Positions 59,653 to 64,000 of a stretch of 64,000 nucleotides of DNA are shown here, in pieces. Both the position numbers and the translations under genes were made by a program. The DNA is from Chloroflexota bacterium (GTDB lineage Bacteria > Chloroflexota > Anaerolineae > Aggregatilineales > J027): the NCBI GenBank assembly GCA_013112715.1, contig JABFGB010000014.1, positions 16,509 to 80,508 of the forward strand, in the 5' to 3' direction. Below the pieces are notes generated by a model. The model saw nothing but the letters and a program-made list of their open reading frames with translations. It made no database searches and had not been told where the DNA came from. Position 1 is the stretch's first letter, and each line of letters opens with the position of its first letter.

Positions 59653-60489
59653 CTAAATTAGAAAATTTATAATGTCTGTTGCCATGCTCTCAAGCCCTGA
59701 GTGATGAACCAAATTTGCGTCGTCTGGTAACAGATGGCCCAGTAAATTAAAGAAGTATTCGAGGTGGAGTTGATATTCTTCTGTAATGGTAGGGTCATCT
59801 AGTTCTCGTAGGACTTCTATTGCATCCTTTTTGGCAGTCTCAATATCGATAGGCTGCTTAAGCCAGCATTCAAATGTGGCTCCGGAAGGGTGGCAGATGT
59901 AAATACGGAATTTGGCAACTATCTCATATGGAGAGCGCGGTACGATTTGTTGTGATTCAGGAATTGGTCGGATGACGATTTTGCCATGGGGTGAATCGGC
60001 AAAAATGCCATCCTCGTCCACAAGTTGCTTCCAATGCAGAGAGTATGTTTGGCTTGGGAGTGGGTCAAAGATATTAAAAAAGAAAAGTTTGAGTCCTAAC
60101 TTATTATCAGGAGAACGCTTTTCTATACGCCGTTGCCTAAGCCATTCCTTAACATTGTCAATTCGTTGGAAATATGACAGCGGCGCGTCTGAGGGAAGTA
60201 GCGTCTTACAGTAATCCAAAGTTTGGAATTGTCGTTCGAGGCCCGTTTGGTCATCAGTATTTTGATCGAGTTCCCCTATCAAAGCCGAAGCCCAATCTTC
60301 GACTATCTCACGATTTTCAAGTTCAGAGCCAAAATCAAAAGATGCGAACTTTTTGCCCTCGTTATTTTCTATATGGGCTAAATAGCGAATCACGCCCTTT
60401 TTGCTCGCCTGCTTCCGAAGTACCACTTTACCAAAGCCAAAATCTACAATCGAATCGAATTCACGTTCTTGCCAAGTTAGTTTCGACAT
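59653..60489 (-). CDS. Hypothetical protein (AT-rich gene)
   Basis: A 278-aa ORF with GAGGGA upstream of its ATG. No TM and no recognised motif. Confidence 0.5.
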   Translation of the reverse strand: MSKLTWQEREFDSIVDFGFGKVVLRKQASKKGVIRYLAHIENNEGKKFASFDFGSELENREIVEDWASALIGELDQNTDDQTGLERQFQTLDYCKTLLPSDAPLSYFQRIDNVKEWLRQRRIEKRSPDNKLGLKLFFFNIFDPLPSQTYSLHWKQLVDEDGIFADSPHGKIVIRPIPESQQIVPRSPYEIVAKFRIYICHPSGATFECWLKQPIDIETAKKDAIEVLRELDDPTITEEYQLHLEYFFNLLGHLLPDDANLVHHSGLESMATDIINFLI

Positions 60490-60570
60490 GCTATTTCCCT
60501 CAAACCATCCGCTGAAAAATATCCTTCATTGTGGTGATAAATCCCGGTATCGGATTTGGCTACCCGTAAG

Positions 60571-60909
60571 CTATTTCAGCCAAAATACCAAATTGGCGCT
60601 TTCTTCAAGGCTATGATTTTCCCCGAAAACTCCCAAAGCTATTACCATTCCACCAATGTCGTTTTGTCTGCCAGTCCAGCAAATAACACCAGCATGATAG
60701 AGCAATTCATTAGCCCGTCCTGCAAAGGGCCTATCTTGTGTCACTAGGGTAAGACTATGTTCCGTAGCATATTGTAGATGTTCTAGTAGGTCATCTTTGT
60801 CCACCATCTCAACATCTACTGCCATTACGACTTCAAAACCACGTTTCTGAAGCTGTTCGGCAACTTTACGGGGCATCATTTCATCGAAGTAGAAACTAAT
60901 CTTTGCCAT
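60571..60909 (-). CDS. DUF5615/Mut7-C-like PIN-type toxin candidate
   Basis: MAKISFYFDEMMPRKVAEQLQKRGFEVV...DDLLEHLQYATEHSLTLVTQD. It overlaps the upstream DUF433 gene by 14 nt. Confidence 0.7.
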   Translation of the reverse strand: MAKISFYFDEMMPRKVAEQLQKRGFEVVMAVDVEMVDKDDLLEHLQYATEHSLTLVTQDRPFAGRANELLYHAGVICWTGRQNDIGGMVIALGVFGENHSLEESANLVFWLK

Positions 60910-61192
60910 ACAGACGGTGCATTTCGTCAAGTTTGGCCTGTTCAGCAACTTCCAAGAGATCAATTTCTTCTTTATGTTCCTGATAATATAGAAGTGCTGC
61001 CAAAACTTGGGTTTCAGTGAGGGTAAATTGGAAGGCCAACTCGGATACGCTCCATTGTTCGCCATCATAGGCATTATACGCAATACTGGCGACGGGAACA
61101 CGGCGATCTCGAATGTGGGGGCGATCTCCAAACAACCGCTTTTCAATAAACTCCGTTAGGTCAATCGTGACGACAGGGCTTTGATTAGTCAT
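60896..61192 (-). CDS. DUF433 antitoxin-like protein
   Basis: FGDRPHIRDRRVPVASIAYNAYDGEQWSVSELAFQFTLTETQVLAALLYYQEHKEEID. Confidence 0.75.
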   Translation of the reverse strand: MTNQSPVVTIDLTEFIEKRLFGDRPHIRDRRVPVASIAYNAYDGEQWSVSELAFQFTLTETQVLAALLYYQEHKEEIDLLEVAEQAKLDEMHRLYGKD

Positions 61193-61221
61193 AATCTTTG
61201 AGCCACCTCTACTCTATTCCA

Positions 61222-61794
61222 TTACATATCCGCCGGAAAAATATCTTTCACCGCCAACGTAAACCCCGGTAGTACATTTCCACCGCTTAGAATATCTTCG
61301 ATACCCAAAATCTGAACGTCTTCGCTTTCAATGTCATACACTTCGACGGTTTTGGTTTCGGGGAAAATGACCCATACCATGCGTGTCCCATAAGATAGAT
61401 ATTTCTCAGCTTTACGGCGAATTGCCCGTAGTCGGTCAGTAGGGGATTTGATTTCTACGGCGAGGTCAGGTGGCACGAGGACTTCCCGTTCGGGCGTTTT
61501 GCCAAGACGCTCATTCGAGATGTAGCCGACATCAGGAATAAAGACATCGGGATCATCGTCATCGCTCATGATATAGCTACCGTCGGGGGCGGTCAGGCGA
61601 CCAATAGGGTTTTGTTTGAGGTAATGTTTAAGAAAGTAAATAATTTCCGTAGCAAGTTCTGATGGCTCAAAGCTGGGCATTTTTTCAATAATTTCCCCGT
61701 CAATAAATTCAAAAAGCCGGTCTCTGTTTTCCGGCATCTCACAAAACCGCTGATAATCGGCATAGCTTAGGGCTTTTTTTTGAATATCGCTCAT
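61222..61794 (-). CDS. Uma2-family (DUF820) PD-(D/E)XK endonuclease-like protein
   Basis: FEFIDGEIIEKMP, PDVGYIS, PPDLAVEIKSPTD. Confidence 0.8.
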   Translation of the reverse strand: MSDIQKKALSYADYQRFCEMPENRDRLFEFIDGEIIEKMPSFEPSELATEIIYFLKHYLKQNPIGRLTAPDGSYIMSDDDDPDVFIPDVGYISNERLGKTPEREVLVPPDLAVEIKSPTDRLRAIRRKAEKYLSYGTRMVWVIFPETKTVEVYDIESEDVQILGIEDILSGGNVLPGFTLAVKDIFPADM

Positions 61795-61810
61795 GGGGTA
61801 GCCCCCTATG

Positions 61811-63058
61811 TTATTCCAACGGCTTGACTTCCGTGCGGGGCAGGGTGAAAAAGAAAGTTGAACCAGCCCCCAATTTACTTTCTAGCCACATATTGCCTTC
61901 GTGCGCTTCGACAATACGTTTGGCGATCGCTAGACCGAGGCCTGTGCCTTGTGTATACCCGGCGGTATCTGGCACACGGAAGAATTTATCAAACATGCGC
62001 TTCTGATTTTCCTCGGAGATGCCCAATCCGGTATCCTGCACGGCAATCCGCACAAATTTGATTTCGGCCAACGCCTTAATATGGCAGTGAATTTCGCCGC
62101 CTTCACGATTATATTTGATGCCATTGGTCAGCAGATTTAGCAGCACTTGTTTAATCTTGCCACGATCCGCCAATACCGCCACTTCATCGCCCTGTGCATA
62201 TAGATTGATATGCCGATCTTGGGCTTGGTGGCGTACTACATCGAGGCTTTCTTCAATCAATTCCTTAATACCAAAGGCTTCGGTTTCAAGGCGAGTGCGC
62301 CCTGATTCCAAACGCGCCAAGTCGAGGAAATCAGTTGCCAGACGGCTAAGGCGTTCGGTTTCGCGCTGCATGGTCTGGATAATTTCGGTGCGGCGGTCTT
62401 CCTGCATATTGGGCTTGAGCAGCAAAACCGTGCTGGCTTTGAGGGCTGCCAGTGGGGTGCGCAATTCATGTACCATCTCGGCGATAAAGTCACTTTGTTG
62501 GAACAGGCGAGCATTTTCAATGGCAATCGCGGCTTGGGAGGCCAGCGTGCTTAATGTGTTGATGTCATCCTCTGTCCAAGGGGCGTCATCAACTTTGTTG
62601 ATGGCTTCCAACACCCCGATGGTTTTGCCATGCACAATCATTGGCACACCCAACAGACTGCGCGTGTTAAAGCTCAAAATCTGGTCAACCTTGCTAAAGA
62701 AGCGCTTATCGCTACGGGTATCTTCTACCAAGACGGGTTCGCCGTTGGTCGCCACCCAACCTGCAAGACTACCTTCCATTGGCACAGGCATGGACGCCAT
62801 CGCCCCTGCTGTTAAATTCGAGGACGCCTCAAACCGCAGTTCACCGCTGCTGGGGTCAACCAACAAAATCGAAGCCTGTTCGGTGGTCGTCAATTCGGTG
62901 GAGGCTCGAATAATGCGTGATAATAGGGTGCCAACGTCGAGTGTTGAATTTAATTGACGGCTGATTTCCATAAGACGTTCATAACGCGCCATCAATTGAA
63001 GATATTTACGCACCGGGTCGTCGTTCGAGTATGATGCGATTTGCGGGTCGCTGGTCAT
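61811..63058 (-). CDS. GAF-domain sensor histidine kinase (cytoplasmic)
   Basis: GAF region (SILLVDPSSGELRF...), H-box VHELRTPLAAL, N-box LTNGIKYN, G-boxes DTGLGI and GTGLGLAI. No TM. Confidence 0.88.
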   Translation of the reverse strand: MTSDPQIASYSNDDPVRKYLQLMARYERLMEISRQLNSTLDVGTLLSRIIRASTELTTTEQASILLVDPSSGELRFEASSNLTAGAMASMPVPMEGSLAGWVATNGEPVLVEDTRSDKRFFSKVDQILSFNTRSLLGVPMIVHGKTIGVLEAINKVDDAPWTEDDINTLSTLASQAAIAIENARLFQQSDFIAEMVHELRTPLAALKASTVLLLKPNMQEDRRTEIIQTMQRETERLSRLATDFLDLARLESGRTRLETEAFGIKELIEESLDVVRHQAQDRHINLYAQGDEVAVLADRGKIKQVLLNLLTNGIKYNREGGEIHCHIKALAEIKFVRIAVQDTGLGISEENQKRMFDKFFRVPDTAGYTQGTGLGLAIAKRIVEAHEGNMWLESKLGAGSTFFFTLPRTEVKPLE

Positions 63059-63825
63059 GAAGCCGCACCTTCCAGTTGGTTGACAATTCGCGGGAGGATG
63101 TCTGCGACATCGGCATGAATCACCACGTCTGCCATTTTATCATAACTTGTTGGCTCAAGATTAATCAACACCAGACTGCCCCCATGTTCCTTTACACGAC
63201 GGGGTAAATCTGCCACTGGAAAAACTTCCAGTGACGACCCTGCAACGATCATCATATCAGCCCGTCGCGTATCTTGTTCGGCCCGCAGCAAAATTTGAGC
63301 CGGAAGCTGTTCCCCGAACAGGATCACATTTGGTTTCAATACCCCACCACACTTGGGACAGCGTGGAATATCGGCCTGATCATTATTTAAAAAGGGGGGC
63401 AAAAAATCTTGGGCCGGATAGATTGTGAAACACGAAATACAGGTGACTTCGCGGATATGACCATGCACTTCATATACCGTTTTTGAACCAGCCCTACCAT
63501 GTAAAAGATCAATATTTTGGGTAATCACACTTTTAAGAATGCCAATAGTTTCTAACCGTGCCAGTGCTACGTGCGCTGGATTTGGTTGGGCATTGAGAAT
63601 GAGGGTTGCGAGTGGGCGAATCCAGTCATAGAAGCGGGCAGGTTGATAGCGAAAACCTTGAATACTGCCCACTTCATAAGGATTGTGCCGTGACCACAAT
63701 CCTGAATCAGGACTGCGATAATCCGGTATTCCCGATGGTCGGCTAATTCCAGCCCCTGTCAGTGCAACGGCATACTCAGCATGATGTAATAATTCAACTA
63801 TTTGTAAAATTTCTTTTTCATACAT
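63055..63825 (-). CDS. cobB: NAD-dependent protein deacylase (sirtuin, CobB type)
   Basis: GAGISRPSGIPDYRS, TQNIDLLH, VHGH, and the Zn module CISC...CPKCGG. ATGA overlap with the kinase gene. Confidence 0.9.
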   Translation of the reverse strand: MYEKEILQIVELLHHAEYAVALTGAGISRPSGIPDYRSPDSGLWSRHNPYEVGSIQGFRYQPARFYDWIRPLATLILNAQPNPAHVALARLETIGILKSVITQNIDLLHGRAGSKTVYEVHGHIREVTCISCFTIYPAQDFLPPFLNNDQADIPRCPKCGGVLKPNVILFGEQLPAQILLRAEQDTRRADMMIVAGSSLEVFPVADLPRRVKEHGGSLVLINLEPTSYDKMADVVIHADVADILPRIVNQLEGAAS

Positions 63826-63925
63826 TGTCGTAAAACGGTCTCACCAAATTAACAGTGTGGTTTATTATAGCCAAGAACACTGCAATTCGTGACACGCAAT
63901 TTAGGGCTGGCTCAAAATTGAGTGC

Positions 63926-64000
63926 TTAGGCGAGTTCCCCCCTTGTCCGCTTGATTAATTCCTCCACCAATTTAACATGCTGGCTTGCCATAATGGAATC
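63926..64000 (-). CDS. 3' end of an unidentified gene (truncated by the window edge)
   Basis: The open frame ...DSIMASQHVKLVEELIKRTRGELA ends at the stop at 63926-63928. It is too short to classify. Confidence 0.3.
   Translation of the reverse strand, partial: DSIMASQHVKLVEELIKRTRGELA

Noticed and set aside
60910-61146. The 191-aa version of ORF 60571-61146.
   Set aside because: Its N-terminal 79 codons run antisense-frame through the DUF433 gene region and lack similarity to anything. The DUF5615-like sequence begins at ATG 60909.
63055-63825. The SIR2 domain as an anti-phage NADase effector (Thoeris, DSR or SIR2-HerA type).
   Set aside because: The protein has the full sirtuin deacylase motif set, including the Cys4 zinc module and catalytic His. 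It has no partner sensor, HerA or TIR gene, which fits housekeeping CobB.
1-64000. Search for CRISPR arrays, tRNA/rRNA/tmRNA/SRP RNA, transposases, integrases and reverse transcriptases.
   Set aside because: No spaced direct-repeat arrays were seen. No cloverleaf-like GC-rich segments appear in the intergenic gaps. No ORF carries DDE, tyrosine- or serine-recombinase or RT motifs. The inspection was manual, so short or degenerate elements could have been missed.

Overview
The window is a 64 kb chromosomal segment with about 58 tightly packed protein-coding genes. I recognised no rRNA, tRNA, CRISPR array, transposase or integrase. Gene content (DUF11-type surface repeats, many Hanks kinase/FHA parts, HEAT-repeat proteins, Uma2 and DUF433/DUF5615 modules, about 50-55% GC) suggests a Chloroflexota-like monoderm bacterium; that is inference only.

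The backbone is housekeeping: moaC and moaD-E, ftsY, prfB with its programmed +1 frameshift, rseP, acyP, radC, lepA, cinA, miaA, malQ, hutH and hutU, cobB. There are three ABC importers (peptide, amino acid, sugar). The sugar importer sits in a LacI-controlled glycan locus with a GH31 enzyme and a second glycosidase.

The most unusual items are:
- An amino-acid ABC operon (31395-37086). Its permease carries a roughly 400-aa ectodomain of six C-x7-C repeats, its binding protein has an acidic tail, and it ends with a secreted SecD-P1-head-like protein that has no membrane domain.
- A single ORF that joins a sortase substrate (LPTTG sorting signal) to a sortase.
- An AT-rich islet (19271-21622) with a BrxR/YafY-type wHTH lacking its WYL sensor, a 2xHARE-HTH Mrr nuclease, and a ZnR-TerB-bPH-HNH nuclease.
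- A LacI regulator with two tandem HTH heads beside a perfect 20-bp palindrome.
- A GMC oxidoreductase fused to a polytopic membrane domain.

All family calls come from reading motifs by eye. No database search was run.
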